From NCBI GenBank assembly GCA_964016885.1, contig OZ024743.1, forward strand, positions 326,554,001-326,618,000: a stretch of 64,000 nucleotides of DNA, given 5' to 3'. The notes below the pieces were generated by a model that saw nothing but the letters and a program-made list of their open reading frames with translations, made no database searches and had not been told where the DNA came from. Every line of letters begins with the position of its first letter. The stretch's first letter is position 1. A program made the translations under genes and the position numbers. The DNA is from Eledone cirrhosa. Its lineage: Eukaryota. Of the stretch, positions 43,890 through 56,621 are shown piece by piece.

Positions 43890-44664
43890 AGACCTGCCAG
43901 CCTCTGAAAACCCAAACTGAGAATACCATGAGGCAAAATGGGGAGATTTTACATAATTGTTTCTACTTTAGGCACAAGGCCAGCAATTACCCAGTGCATT
44001 ACTGGTACTTTATTTTATCGACCCCGTAAGGATGAAAGGCAAAGTCAACCTCGGCGGGATTTGAACTCAGATCGTAAAGGGACGTAACTATGCTGGAAAG
44101 CATGGCGTCCGACCCTCTACCGATACTGACCCACCCGAAAGTGGGTGGGAGATCTCCCCTTCAGACTGGGGGAGTTGACAGGTCTGGTGTGTATGTGTAT
44201 GTGTGTGCTAATTACCTATAGTATTAACACGGCATGATTCAGAATAGAGAAATAATTCACAATCTGAAAGTATATACAGTATGCTGGTGTTTAATAAACA
44301 TACATAAATCTCTTTGAGTGCTTTAAGTGGTGACCATGTCACAGCTTATCTCAGTAAATACTATATAGTATTTCATTATTTGGTGGATTGGCAGTATCGG
44401 TAGAGAGTCGGACGCCATGCTTTGTAGCATAGAGTTACGCCCCTTTATGATCTGAGTTCAAATCCCGCCGAGGTTAACTTTGCCTTTCATCCTTACGGGG
44501 TCGATAAAATAAAGTACCAGTAATACACTGGGGTAATTGCTGGCCTTGGGCCAAAAGTAGAAACAATTATTTATTAATCCGTCATCAGTGACGTTTACTC
44601 ATTCAGTATTGAAGCTGATAGCTTATAAATAAATTTACATATATTATATATATGTATATGTATA

Positions 44665-44694
<30 letters not shown>

Positions 44695-44695
<1 letters not shown>

Positions 44696-44937
44696 CATAA
44701 ATCAAGAAAGAAGAGTGACATGGTTTGCTATACAATAAAGCCCTTATTGTATAGCAAACCATGTCACTCTTCTTTCTTGATTTATTATTACTCCAAGTGT
44801 AAACTTCATAGAAATCACCGCGTACTCGCAGCATCACTATGGAAACGTCTTGCCAAGCGTTAATACTATCCACTACTCGGAGTACCCTAAATGGACTACA
44901 TCTAAGTGGACTACCTATAACAATAATTTGTTATCCC

Positions 44938-45006
<69 letters not shown>

Positions 45007-45208
45007 AAAATGTGTGAAATCCTTGGTACAGTTAGGTATATTATAAAAAAGGAAAAGAATGACTTCACTTGTGGTTCTAAACAATTTAATCTAATTTTAT
45101 AATATCATTTTTCAATTTGGTTTGGTAGATTACCAAACCAAATTGAAAAGTTATATTATAAAATGAGATTAAACTGTTTAAAACTACAAATGAAGTAATT
45201 CTTTTCCT

Positions 45209-45220
<12 letters not shown>
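44695..45220. repeat. Two further (TA)n-flanked fold-back elements (hairpins at 44697-44785 and 45040-45217); the first is related to 8130-8252
   Basis: Inverted arms read directly; no hammerhead core seen. Confidence 0.7.
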
Positions 45221-45254
<34 letters not shown>

Positions 45255-45383
45255 ATAATAATAAATTTGAAGACTAAAATCCAAAGAGAGCTCGATAAGG
45301 ATAAATATATATCAAATATATAAGAACCGTAGAGCAAATATTTATTAAAATAACTGATTAATGATTAAAGATTAAAGATTTTA

Positions 45384-45429
<46 letters not shown>

Positions 45430-45439
45430 CTGTACCAAG

Positions 45440-45567
<128 letters not shown>

Positions 45568-45865
45568 ATATAGCAAGAGTGCTTAGTTGGTCCATGATTC
45601 CATGATGGAGGCAAATGGTGGACTGAGGTTTGATATGATTTCCCTTTACTCTTGCTATTTTAACACATTTTGATCTGCTTAACTTCAAGAACTATGCCTG
45701 TAAATAACATTATTTTTTCTTCCACATGGACTTTTTATGCTCTACATTATGCACGTTTTTTTCCTTTTTCTTTTTTCTTTTCACTTCATAAACCTTGTTT
45801 GTAAATAACATTATTCTTTCTGCACCTTCTGTTTAACATGTGCGACACCACACTAATACATTTCA

Positions 45866-45907
45866 CTATCATTTGATAATGCATAAAAATGCTGAAACCG
45901 GTAATAG
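45866..45907 (+). ncRNA. Variant hammerhead with U3-A8 core, different family
   Basis: ctatcat-TTGATAA-t GCAT aaaa ATGC t-GAAA-CCGG-TA-atag; stem I is imperfect. Confidence 0.5.
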
Positions 45908-46103
45908 ACAATAATTAAATATATAAATAGATAAATAAAAGCCATTGTTAAATAATAAATAAATCAACTAATACCTTAACACTTCACACAAAGTAAAACA
46001 TTTCGTTTTAATCATTTTCTAACCCAGAAAAAAGAGAGAAATAAATAAAAAGGGAAAACAAAATATTTTTCTTCCTAATAATCGTCTCTTTCTCCCTGTT
46101 TTC

Positions 46104-46136
<33 letters not shown>

Positions 46137-46209
46137 ATATATATATACATACATATATATATATAAACATATATCAAACCTGCATTATATATATACATAT
46201 ATCTATAGG

Positions 46210-46432
46210 GCGGTGGATTGGCAGTATCGTTAGAGGGTCGGACGCCATGCTTTTCAGCATAGAGTTACGGCCCTTTATGATCTGAGTTCAAATCCCGCCG
46301 AGGTTAACTTTGCCTTTCATATTTATAGGGTCGATAAAATAAAGTACCAGTCATGGACTGGATCAATTTGATCGACTTTCCTCTCCACCTTCAAATTGTT
46401 GGCCCTGTGCCTAAAGTAGAAACAATTATTAT
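46210..46432 (+). mobile_element. tRNA-derived SINE family 1 (representative). Other copies: 15500-15652(-), 19838-20020(+), 20030-20195(+), 20300-20488(-), 25368-25552(+), 33915-34082(+), 43955-44128(-), 44383-44572(+), 53675-53850(+), 60610-60752(-)
   Basis: A-box-like tggcagtatcgg, B box gagttcaaatcc, conserved core tttgcctttcatccttacggggtcgataaaataaagtacc, tail gaaacaattattatt. Confidence 0.85.
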
Positions 46433-46455
46433 TTGGTTGACTTAATTATTTTCAG

Positions 46456-46637
46456 GTAAAGAATATGTTCATATTTCTTAGTCTCCTTTTATTACAAGGA
46501 GTCATGGTAGATGCTGTTTGTCGTGCTGCAGAAGTTTGCCTTATCAACTTTTCCAAGTGTGCTAAAAACTTTGGGATACAGTGCTGTAAACCATACAAAC
46601 CCTGTATAAAGGACAAGTGTGCTATCGAAAATGCATC
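46456..46637 (+). CDS. Coding exon 2 of the secreted Cys-rich (knottin-like) peptide precursor: signal peptide plus 7 Cys
   Basis: Acceptor ttaattattttcAG, then an open frame VKNMFIFLSLLLLQGVMVDAVCRAAEVCLINFSKCAKNFGIQCCKPYKPCIKDKCAIENA(S), then donor TC|GTAAGT (phase 2). The hydrophobic core FIFLSLLLL and the V-D-A site fit a signal peptide. Unique, non-repetitive sequence. Confidence 0.88.
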
Positions 46638-46697
46638 GTAAGTAGTAATTCACATATAATTTCATAGTAAAATTTTAATGTATCATATTTATCATAC

Positions 46698-46925
46698 GTG
46701 GAGACACGTGGCCTAGTGGTAAGGGTGTTGGACTTACGATCATAATGTCGTGGGTTCGATTCTTGGGCTGGGTTGCTCCAGTATACTCAGCTGAAAGTGA
46801 GTACCAGCAATACCTGGGGGTTTAACCTTGCGATGGACTGGCATCCTGTCGAGGAGGAAGTCTTATACTCTCAGTCACTTCACGCAAAGAAACCGGGATA
46901 AGCACCGGCCTAACGAGCCTTAAAT
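46698..46925 (+). mobile_element. tRNA-derived SINE family 3
   Basis: A box gtggcctagtgg, B box ggttcgattc, 3' domain ttgcgatggactggcatcctgtc...gaaaccgggataagc. Confidence 0.7.
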
Positions 46926-46959
46926 ATCTTAAGACAGACTTTAGACTAAGATTTAGATA

Positions 46960-47539
46960 TGTATATATATAAAACTGAGGATGTCTGTCTGTGTGTGAAT
47001 GAGTTTGAATCCCTAAAACTAGAGAAGCACCCACCGACTGTTTTCAAACTTTACACATGTAATACATGTAGTTCATGGAGTGTTCTGAGCAAAAAAAAAA
47101 TTTTTATTTTCAATGCCCTAAGGACCGCATTAGGCGATTTAACGATCTCTCTCTATAATTCTTAGTCTTTCTCGTTTTAGATAGATACATACATATAACG
47201 TCGCGCCCTTATAATATCTGTCTGTCTGCATTACGTCACTTTCTACAATTCGCTCTGCGTCCAGAACGCGCCCTTGTAATATCTGTCTGTATGTCTCGCT
47301 ATCTGCTGCCTCCTGTTATTCTGCCACCCTTGCTCAAGACAAATCTCCCACTCATTCCCCAAACAGTTGGTCAGTGGACACAACTTCTTCCTCACGTTTT
47401 AAGCCACAGTGCTGCTTACTTACGTGCCACCAGACTCTTACTTCTTTGCCAGCCGTGGTTGTGGCAATACTAAGCTTAGCTAAGGCGGTTATATATTTCA
47501 CAATACCTTATCCCGTGCAACGCCGGGTACCACTGCTAG
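46960..47539 (+). mobile_element. Non-autonomous Helitron
   Basis: 5' t.tatatatataaaa..tgtctgtctgt; 3' hairpin cccgtgc-aac-gccggg followed by CTAG and then T. Confidence 0.72.
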
Positions 47540-48214
47540 TTTATAATAACTGGACGCAGCATGACTAAATGGTTAAGAAGTTCACTCCCCAAGCATTTGG
47601 TCATAGGTTCGATACAACTATATGAAATTTTGAACAGCTGTTATTTACCAAAACCTTGGATCGACACATGCTTTGTAAGGGAAATTGGGTTAAAGGAAAC
47701 TGCTTGTAGCCGGTCAGATGGACTGTGCCTCTAATTCAAAGGGTCGTCCTCCTCACACACAGAGTCATGCTGAATCTCCCCGAGAACTACGTTAAGGGTA
47801 CCAAACCTGCTAACCTCTAAAAACCCAAACGGAGAGTCACATTAAAAATGTATCCCAAAATGGGGAAAAAATGAGGCAAAATGGGGAGATTTTACATAAT
47901 GAAAACTACACCCATTTTCACAAGAGGAGACATCTCTCACCTACCCCCGTCGGACGGGGAGAGTTGACAGGTCTGGGGTATATATGTCTGTGGAATGCTC
48001 AGCCACTTACGTTGATTTCATAAACAAGCAGTTCCGTTGATCGAACAACTGGAACACTCATCGCTGAAACCGACGGAGGTCCATCGGAAACCAGTCGGCT
48101 GGACTGTGCGACTGTTTCGTGTTATTCCTCGTGTTGATTACATCTTTCACATTTGTGACATGTTGTCTCAGTGAAATATCGTGTGAGGGACGTGTAACGT
48201 ATATTGAATAACCT

Positions 48215-51200
48215 TTTGTTGTGTATGTGTGGCCGCGTGTGTTGTGTGTGTGTGTTGTGTTCACGTGTGTGCCCACGTGTCTTGTGTGTGTATGCCTGTG
48301 TGTGTGTGTGCCCGCGTGTCTTGTGTGTATATGTGCCTGTGTGTGTGCCCGCGTGTGTCCTGTGTGTGTGCCCGCGTGTGTCCTGTGTGTGTGCCCGCGT
48401 GTGTTGTGTGTGTGTCTGCCCACGTGTGTTATGTGTGCCCGCGTGTGTTGTGTGTGTGCCGGCGTGTGTTGTGTGTGTGCCCGCGTGTGTTGTGTTTGTG
48501 TGTGCCCGCGTGTGTTGTGTGTGTGTGTGTGCTCACGTATGTTGTGTGTGTGTGTGCGCTCACGTATGTTGTGGGTGTGTGTGCCCGCATGTGTTGTGCG
48601 TGTGTTGTGTGTGTGTTCCCACGTGTGTTGTGTGTGTGTGTTGTGTGTGTGCCCGCGTGTGTTGTGTGTGTGCTCGTGTGTTGTGTGTGTGTGTGCCACT
48701 TGTGTCGTGTGTGTGTGACCGCATGTGTTGTGTGTGTATGTGTGCCCGCGTGTGTTGTGTGTCGTGTGTTGTGTGTGTGCTCGCGTGTGTTGTGTGTGTG
48801 TGCCCACGTGTGTTGTGTGTGTGCTCACGTGTGTTGTGTGTGTGTGCTCACGTGTGTTGTTTGTGTGTGCCCACGTGTGTTGTGTGTGTGCTCACGTGTG
48901 TTGTGTGAGTGTGTGCTCACGTGTGTTGTGTGTGTGTGTGCTCACGTGTGTTGTGTGTGTGTGTGTGTGCCCGCGTGTGTTGTGTGTGTGTGCCCACGTG
49001 TGTTGTGTGTGTGCTCACGTGTGTTCTCTGTGTGTGTGTGCTCACGTGTGTTGAGTGTGTGTGTGTGTGCTCACGTGTGTTGTGTGTGTGTGTGTCTGCC
49101 CACGTGTGTTGTGTGTGTGTGTGTGTGATCACGTGTGTTATGTGTGTGTCTGTGTTCCCGTGTGTTGTGTGTGTGTGCCCACGTGTGTTGTGTGTGTGTG
49201 TGCTCACGTGTGTTGTTTGTGTGCCCTCGTGTGTTGTGTGTGTGCTCACGTGTGTTGTGTGAGTGTGTGCTCACGTGTGTTGTGTGTGTGTGTGTTCACG
49301 TGTGTTGTGTGTGTGTGTGCCCGCGTGTGTTGTGTGTGTGTGCCCACGTGTGTTGTGTGTGTGTGTGCTCACGTGTGTTGTTTGTGTGCCCACGTGTGTT
49401 CTATGTGTGTGTGTGCTCACATGTGTTGTGTGTGTGTGTGTGTGTGCTCACGTGTGTTGTGTGTGTGTGTGTCTGCCCACGTGTGTTGTGTGTGTGTGTG
49501 TGTGTGTGTGATCACGTGTGTTATGTGTGTGTCTGTGTTCCCGTGTGTTGTGTGTGTGTGTGTGCTCACGTGTGTTGTGTGTGTGTGTGCCCCCGTGTGT
49601 TGTGTGTGTGTGCTCACGTGTGTTGTGCGTGTGTGTGTGCCCATGTGTGTTGTGTGTGTGCTCACGTGTATTGTGTGTGTGTGTGTGCCCCCGTGTGTTG
49701 TGTGTGTGTGTGTGCTCATGTGTGTTGTGTGTGCCCATGTGTGTTGTGTGTTGTGTTGTGTTCACGTGTGTTGTGTGTGTGTGACCACGTGTGTTGTGTG
49801 CTCACGTGTGTTGTGTGTGTGTGTGTGTGTGTGTGTGCTCACGTGTGTTGTGTGTGTGTGTGCCCACGTGTGTTGTGTGTGTGCTCACATGTGTTATGTT
49901 TGTGTGCTCACGTGTGTTGTGTGTGTGTATGTGCTCACGTGTGTTGTGTGTGTGTGCGTGCTCACGTGTGTTGTGTGTGTGTGCTCACATATGTTGTGTG
50001 TGTGTGTGCCCACGTGTGTTATGTGTGTGTGTGTGCTCACATGTGTTGTGTGTGTGTGATTACGCGTGTTGTGTGTGTGTCTGTGCTCAGGTGTGTTGTG
50101 TGTGTTGTGTCCACGTGTGTTGTTTGTGTGTGTGCTCACGTGTGTTGTGTGTGTGTGTGCTCACATGTGTTGTGTGTGTGTGATCACGCGTGTTGTGTGT
50201 GTGTCTGTGCTCAGGTGTGTTGTGTGTGTTGTGTCCACGTGTGTTGTTTGTGTGTGTGCTCACGTGTGTTGTGTGTGTGTATGTGTGTGGTCACGTGTGT
50301 TGTGTGTGCACACGTGTGTTGTGTGTGTGCGTGTGCCCACGTGTGTTGTGTGTATGTCTGTGTGTGCTCATGTGTGTTGTGTGTGCCCATGTGTGTTGTG
50401 TGTTGTGTGTGTGTTCACGTGTGTTGTGTGTGTGTGGCCACGTGTGTTGTGTGCTCACGTGTGTTGTGTTGTGTGTGTGTGTGTGATCACGCGTGTTGTG
50501 TGTGTGTCTGTGCTCAGGTGTGTTGTGTGTGTGTGTGTGTTCCCGTGTGTTGTGTGTGTGTGTGCTCACGTATGTTGTGTGTGTGTGTGCCCACGTGTGT
50601 TATGTGTGTGTGTGTGCTCACATGTGTTGTGTGTGTGTGATCACGCGTGTTGTGTGTGTGTCTGTGCTCAGGTGTGTTGTGTGTGTGTTGTGTCCACGTG
50701 TGTTGTTTGTGTGTGTGCTCACGTGTGTTGTGTGTGTGTGTTCACGTGTGTTGTGTGTTGTGTGTGCACACGTGTGTTGTGTGTGTGTATGCTCACGTGA
50801 GTCGTGTGTGTGTGTGCTCACGTGTGTTGTGTGTGTGTGTGCGTGCCCACGTGTGTTGTATGTGTGCTCACGTGTGTTGTGTGTGTGCTCACGTGTGTTG
50901 TGTGTGTGCTCACGTGTTATGTGTGTGTGTGTGCTCGCGTGTGTTGTGTGTGTGTGTGTGCTCACGTGTGTTGTGTGTGTGTGTGCTCACGTGTGTTGTG
51001 TGTGTGTGTGCTCACGTGTGTTGTGTGTGTGTGTACCCGCGTGTGTTGTGTGTGCTCACGTGTGGTGTGTGTGTGTGCTCACGTGTGGTGTGTGTGTGTG
51101 TGTGTGTGCTCACATGTGTTGTGTGTGTGTGTGCACACGTGTGTTGTGTGTGTGTGTGTTCAATTGTGTTGTGTGTGTGTGTGCTCAAGTGTGTTGTGTG

Positions 51201-52285
51201 TGTGTGCTCACGTGTGTTGTGTGCCCACGTGTGTTGTGTGTGTGTGTGCGCTCATGTACGTTGTGTGTGTGTGTATGTGTGCTCACGTGTGTTGTGTGTG
51301 TGTGTTTTCTCACGTGTTGTGTGTGTGTGTGTGTGTGCTCGCGTGTGTTGTGTGTGTGTGCTTGTGTTGTTTTTTGTGTAAACTGTCATTTTCTTTCATT
51401 TCCTTACAAGTTATATTTTCAATATGGCTGCTGTGGGTTCTACCTCATGGCGCACCAATGCTATTATTTAGCCCATGCTATTATTTAGCCCATGCTAGTA
51501 TGTTCACGTGTGTGCTCACGTGTGTTGTGTGTGCCCGCGTGTCTTGTGTGTGTATGCCTCTGTGTGTGTGTGTGCCCGCGTGTCTTTGTGTATATGTGCC
51601 TGTGTGTGTGTCCGCGTGTGTCCTGTGTGTGCTCGCGTGTGTTGTGTGTGTGTGTGTGCCCACGTGTGTTATGTGTGCCCGCGTGTGTAGTGTGTGTGCC
51701 GGCGTGTGTTGTGTGTGTGCTCACGTATGTTGTGTGTGTGTGTGTGCTCACGTATGTTGTGTGGGTGTGTGCCCGTATGTGTTGTGCGTGTGCGCGCGTG
51801 TGTTGTGTGTGTGTGCCCACGTGTGTTGTGTGTGTGTTCCCACGTGTGTTGTGTGTGTGTTGTGTGTGTGCCCGCGTGTGTTGTGTGTGTATGTGCTCTG
51901 TGTTGTGTGTGTGTGTGCCACTTGTGTTGTGTGTGTGACCGCATGTGTTGTGTGTGTATGTGTGCCCGCGTGTGTTGTGTGTTGTGTGTGTGCCCGCGTG
52001 TGTTGTGTGTGTGTGCCTACGTGTGTTGTGTGTGTGTGTGCCCGCGTGTGTTGTGTGTGTGCCCACGTGTGTTGTGTGTGTGTGTGCTCACGTGTGTTGT
52101 GTGTGTGTATGTGCTCACGTGTGTTGTGTGTGTGTGTGTGTGCCGGCACACACACAACACACGCACACACAAAACATACGTGAGCACACACACACACAAC
52201 ACACGTGAGAAAACACACACACACAACACACGTGAGCACACATACACACACAAACACGCACAGACACTCACACAAACACAAACAA
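48215..52285. repeat. About 4-kb (GT)n-derived minisatellite, variable unit (gt)n-gcTCACGTGtgtt, with an inverted end from 52147
   Basis: Direct reading; interrupted by unique sequence at 51370-51500. Confidence 0.97.
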
Positions 52286-53670
52286 ACTTTCGCCCATATC
52301 CGAGACAGATTCCGCAGGTGGAGCAGAAGTGGCGAACGCGTACAACGCTTCCGTCATCTATTGCCGCCTGACCGTCGTACCTTGCCTTCCGTCATCTATT
52401 GCCGCCTGACCGTCGTACCTTGCCTTCCGTCATCTATTGCCGCCTGACCGTCGTACCTTGCCTCACTAGACGGGAACGCTTATTCTTTCACTTCTTGTGG
52501 AAGGAACATGTTCCACTGGTCAGGCGACCCATCTGCTGCCAACACCCTTTGTGCGAAGGGCTGCGCATGCTTTAGCTGATGTCGCGCAAACATACGCTGA
52601 GACTACTGCATTTGCATATATTCCTAAACGGTAAACAGGAGTGGTAGCCTTTTGTGCGGCACTTTTCGCAGCTCGTATCTTTGACTGAACGGTAGTCCTG
52701 GGTCAAGCGAAGACCGAGACTGGGCGCCTGGCATCTGAAATGTTGTCAAGCACTCACAACCCTCTACCAGTTGGATAATGCGATCAGTTGAAATTTCACT
52801 CTAACGTTCTATAAAGGACTAGTGGTGGGCAAGTGTGACGACTGTCTTTGAGAGACTTCAGATGTCGACGAGAACGAATTAGCCAGTCTTTCGAGCCGGG
52901 GACTATGCACAATTTCCAGAAATCCCTAGTTAGGCAGTGCTATCTGGGAGCACTGCTGGTTCGAGATAAACTCTACAAACACCGAAGTGCTGTAAGACGG
53001 AGCTGTCCGAGATGTGCGCAGATCGACGAAACCGTTTTGCACACACTCGGGTATTGCTGACTTGTGGAATTTTGTCGAACAGCTATTGTCGTGTGTAGGA
53101 CGGGTATGGCTATAGACCGACCCCATCATGAAAATCACCCCACCGCCATCTTTTGGCCTGGAAGGGCAGTCAGTTTTCCTCTCGTACTTGTTGCGAAAAG
53201 GGCTGAAAGGACTGAAGAGAGACACTTTCCTCTTCGGGGGAAATAAAGGTGAGTGTGGAGAGGGAAGTCCTTCCCCTTAGTACATTTGGGTACAGGCGGA
53301 TGAACGTAACAAGGATGACCCGAGTGAATGGGCCTATTCTAACCATGCGCCTGTCGGCTGGAGAGTGTAGAGAGGATAAGGGCACCTTCTGATGGTGTTC
53401 ATAGAGATTAGGGTGGTCTAAGATCTGTGGGATTTCTAAATCACCTCTGGGTGGTACACCCCCTTATTGGGGATTTTTTATTGTTATAATTATATTGTTT
53501 ATCATTATGTTTTATTTGTTGACACGATTTTATGTAAACGCCTGCTATCCCTATTTTTGTATTGACCTATGTTTCGGCCCTTGTGGTCAATAAAGAGATA
53601 CCCATCATTAAAATTGTTATTATCATTATTATTTTCTTATATTATTATTATTATCATTATTATTATTTCA
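52285..53670 (+). mobile_element. Tx1/L1-like LINE 3' portion, decayed, with an internal 38-bp unit repeated three times (52348-52463)
   Basis: Colinear with 55070-56500; LVRDKLY, CPRC.Q.DETVLH; ends cccttgtggtcaataaa. Confidence 0.8.
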
Positions 53671-54004
53671 AACTTTGCGGTATATAGTTACGTCCCTTTA
53701 CGTTCTGAGTCAAATCCGGTCGAGGTTAGCTTTGCCTTTCATCCTTTCGGGGTCGATGAAATGAAGTACCAATAATGCACTGGGGTCGATTTAATCGACT
53801 TTCCCCTCCCCTAAAATTGTTGGCCTTGTATCTAAATCAGAAACCATTATGTGAATCTTCCTTTGAATTCTGCTTTTTTCCCATATATTGCCGAGTGTCA
53901 ACCTGACACCTGAGGCAAAATTTGGTAAACGCAATGGCAATCAAATGATACCATAAGGCCATGGACAAAACAATAAATTTCTTTGCAATATATCTAAATT
54001 AATA

Positions 54005-54260
54005 ATATCCTTCTCAGGACATGGACAGTGTTTGTCGGCACGATTTTCTGTATCTCTTGCAGAGATGGCTTTCCGGGTATCACTTCATATATTTTTCTCT
54101 TCCCTTTTTATCATTCCAAGTGCACCAACAATCCCTGGTATTGTATTGGCTTTAAGATGTCACATTTTCTCAATTTTAATGATCAGATCTTTGTATTTAC
54201 TGCGCTTTCGGAACTCTTTTGGGATGTTACGATCTGATGGAATGTTCATATCATTTAAGA
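54005..54260 (-). mobile_element. R4/Dong-like endonuclease 3' fragment
   Basis: Minus strand gives KYKDLIIKIEK..HLKANTIPGIVGALG and IPGKPSLQEIQKIV...HVLRRIL. Confidence 0.65.
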
Positions 54261-54879
54261 TTTTTTCCCCTTGGATATCTGTATATTCATCTACATCCCA
54301 GAGGCCTGGGTTGGGTGATTGTTTATTACGACGTATTTTTCAGCTCCATAGATAACTGATTGTTATAAAATATATAATGGATAAACTGCACCCTTTTGTC
54401 CATGGGTACAACATGGGTTGCCCTCCCAACATTACATTGACAATGCTTTTCACAAATGTGGGTAGTACTAGTAAGTACGATTTTTTAAATTTCTTTTATA
54501 CAAGGTTCACCTGGCATGTGATCCAAGAGTTTGTCAGGGCCTTCATAACCCACATTTTTTAAACCTCTATTTCAAGATCCTTGTACTTTGAGATCTTTTC
54601 AAATATCTTGAAAGACACAAGACAGCCAGCAGGTAATGACATTTCTATTATGAATTATATTTTGTTTTCATTTTTATTGTTTATATATATATATGTTTCT
54701 GTCTTTTTCTTTTTCTTCTCTTATATAAATAATAAAAATCTTTACACGCACAAAACCCACATCGTACTGTCCTCTACCGTCCTGTGCCGTCTGTAATGTG
54801 TTTCTTGATGTCAGCCCTTGTGGTCAATAAAGAAATCATTATTATATCTGGTCTGTTCGCTTTGATTGTCCTGTCAGTG

Positions 54880-56535
54880 TGTATTTTAAAATCTCACAGC
54901 ATTATTCGGCACCTTATTGAAGGAATATGAAAGGTTGACAGGAGCCAAACTTAACCCGGAAATGTCGGTGGGCTTGCAGCTCGGAACCTGGAGAGGCAAG
55001 CCTATGTCGTCCAACAGCGTCGTGGGGCGCTGGACAGACGGACCGGTAAAGTTGCTCGGGGTTTGGTTCGGACCAGACCTCCAGGTGGAAAAGAATTGGG
55101 ACGAGGTAACGAGCAGAGTAGCCAGTCTCACCCAAAAGGTCGCGCGGAGCTGGTGAATGCGTACATCGCGTCCGTCATCTACTACCGCCTGACCGTCGTG
55201 CCTTGCCCCCGTCCGCGCCTCGTCAAATTGGAACGGCTCCTCTTCAAATTCTTGGGGAGGGGACAAGTTCCGTTGGTGAGGCGGTCCATCTGCTGCCAGC
55301 ACCCTCTACGCGGAGGGCTGGGTATGCCGTGGCTAATGATGCGCAGATATGCGTTGAGGCTGCGACATCTCCAGATATTCTGCCTCAACCGTGAACAGGT
55401 GTGGTCGCCGTTTATCAGACGAGCCTTTTCGCAGCTCGTTTCTTTGACTGAGCTGCAGTCCTGGGTCAAGAAGAGACCGAGACTGGGTGACTGGCACCTG
55501 GAATGTTGCCAGGCACTCACTTCCCTCTACCAAGCGGGCAATGCGATCAGTGGAACTTCCACTCTAGAGTTCTATAGAAGATTAGTGGTGGGCAAGTGCG
55601 ATGACGCACTCGGAGAAGCTTTGGGCCTCGACGAAGTCGAACTGACCAGTCTGTACCGGAGGAGTTTCGAGCCGGGGACGATGGACAATTTCCAGAAATC
55701 CCTTGCTTGGCAGTGCTACTGGGGGGCACTGCCGGTTCGGGATAAACTCTACAGGCACGGAAGTGCTGTCAGCCGGACCTGCCAAGATGCGCACAAACGA
55801 CGAAACCGGTCTGCACGCACTTGTCCAATATCCGTGCATTACTGACCTGTGGAGTTATGTCGAACAGCTACTGTCGCGTGTGGAACGAATCCGGCTATCG
55901 GCCGAGTCCATAGTGAAGATCGAATCGCCGCCTTCCTTAGGTCAGGAAGAGCAGGAAATTTTCCTCTGTCTGGTGGCAGTTGCGAAAGAGGTTATATGGT
56001 GGACCAGGTTAAAAGGACTGAACACAGATACTTTTCTCTTCGGCCAATCCCTCATCAACTACTACAAGTTTCCCCTGGAAAGGAAGGTGAGGGTGGAGAG
56101 AGAAGTGCTGCCCCCCCCCCCCCCCCCCCCCCTTCCCCCAGTACATTTGCTAAAAGGTGGGTGAATATGGCAAGAATGGCCCGTGTGAATGGGCCTACTC
56201 TGACCATGCGCCTCTCGGCTAGCTAACTTGAGGAGAGGGGCGCTCTCCCTGGGTGCCCTAGAAACGCAGGGTGGTTCAGGATTGGTGGGGTACCTGAGTC
56301 ACCCCAGGGTCGTCCACCCCCTATCGGGGAATTTATTTTGTTATATTTATGCATAGTTTATTTTATATTTTTATATCTTCATTGTTAAATTAGTCTTGCC
56401 ATTGTGCACTTTTACTCGACCATATTGTAAACCCCCACTGTCCCTGTCTTTGTATTGTCCCCTACATGTCGGCCCTTGTGGCTAATAAATGAAATCATTA
56501 TTATTATTATTATCATTATTACTATTATTATTATC
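54880..56535 (+). mobile_element. Tx1/L1-like LINE 3' portion, best-preserved copy
   Basis: YERLTGAKLN, KLLGVWFG, GGLGMP, ALPVRDKL, C..C...ET.LH zinc motif, then a 3' UTR with AATAAA and an (ATT)n tail. Confidence 0.82.
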
Positions 56536-56551
56536 ATTCGTTCTTTGGCAG

Positions 56552-56621
56552 ATGTTCTTACCACAAGAGAAGATCTACGGTAGAGATGGGAGAGGAGATA
56601 AAGTTACAGAGACGTAACTAA
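56552..56621 (+). CDS. Coding exon 3 of the precursor: 8th Cys, KRR cleavage site, C-terminal propeptide and stop
   Basis: Acceptor ttcgttctttggcAG. The phase-2 join TC+A gives S, then CSYHKRRSTVEMGEEIKLQRRN and TAA at 56619-56621. This exon supplies the missing even-numbered Cys and a convertase site. Confidence 0.8.

Noticed and set aside
44350-44600. Hammerhead halves on the minus strand apparently split by a SINE
   Set aside because: CTGATGA and GAAA-stem III are present, but stem I does not pair convincingly.
46698-46770. Apparent tRNA genes here and at other SINE heads
   Set aside because: No complete cloverleaf; they continue into SINE bodies.
48058-52371. Long Cys/Val-rich and His/Thr-rich ORFs of up to 501 aa
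   Set aside because: Translations of a GT-rich minisatellite that lacks stops in several frames; not metallothionein- or keratin-like genes.
54018-54237. Alternative exon 3 after ttctcAG, in phase with exon 2 and containing Cys
   Set aside because: It is the antisense strand of an R4/Dong endonuclease fragment. The 56552 exon gives a cleaner product (8 Cys, KRR, stop, UTR).
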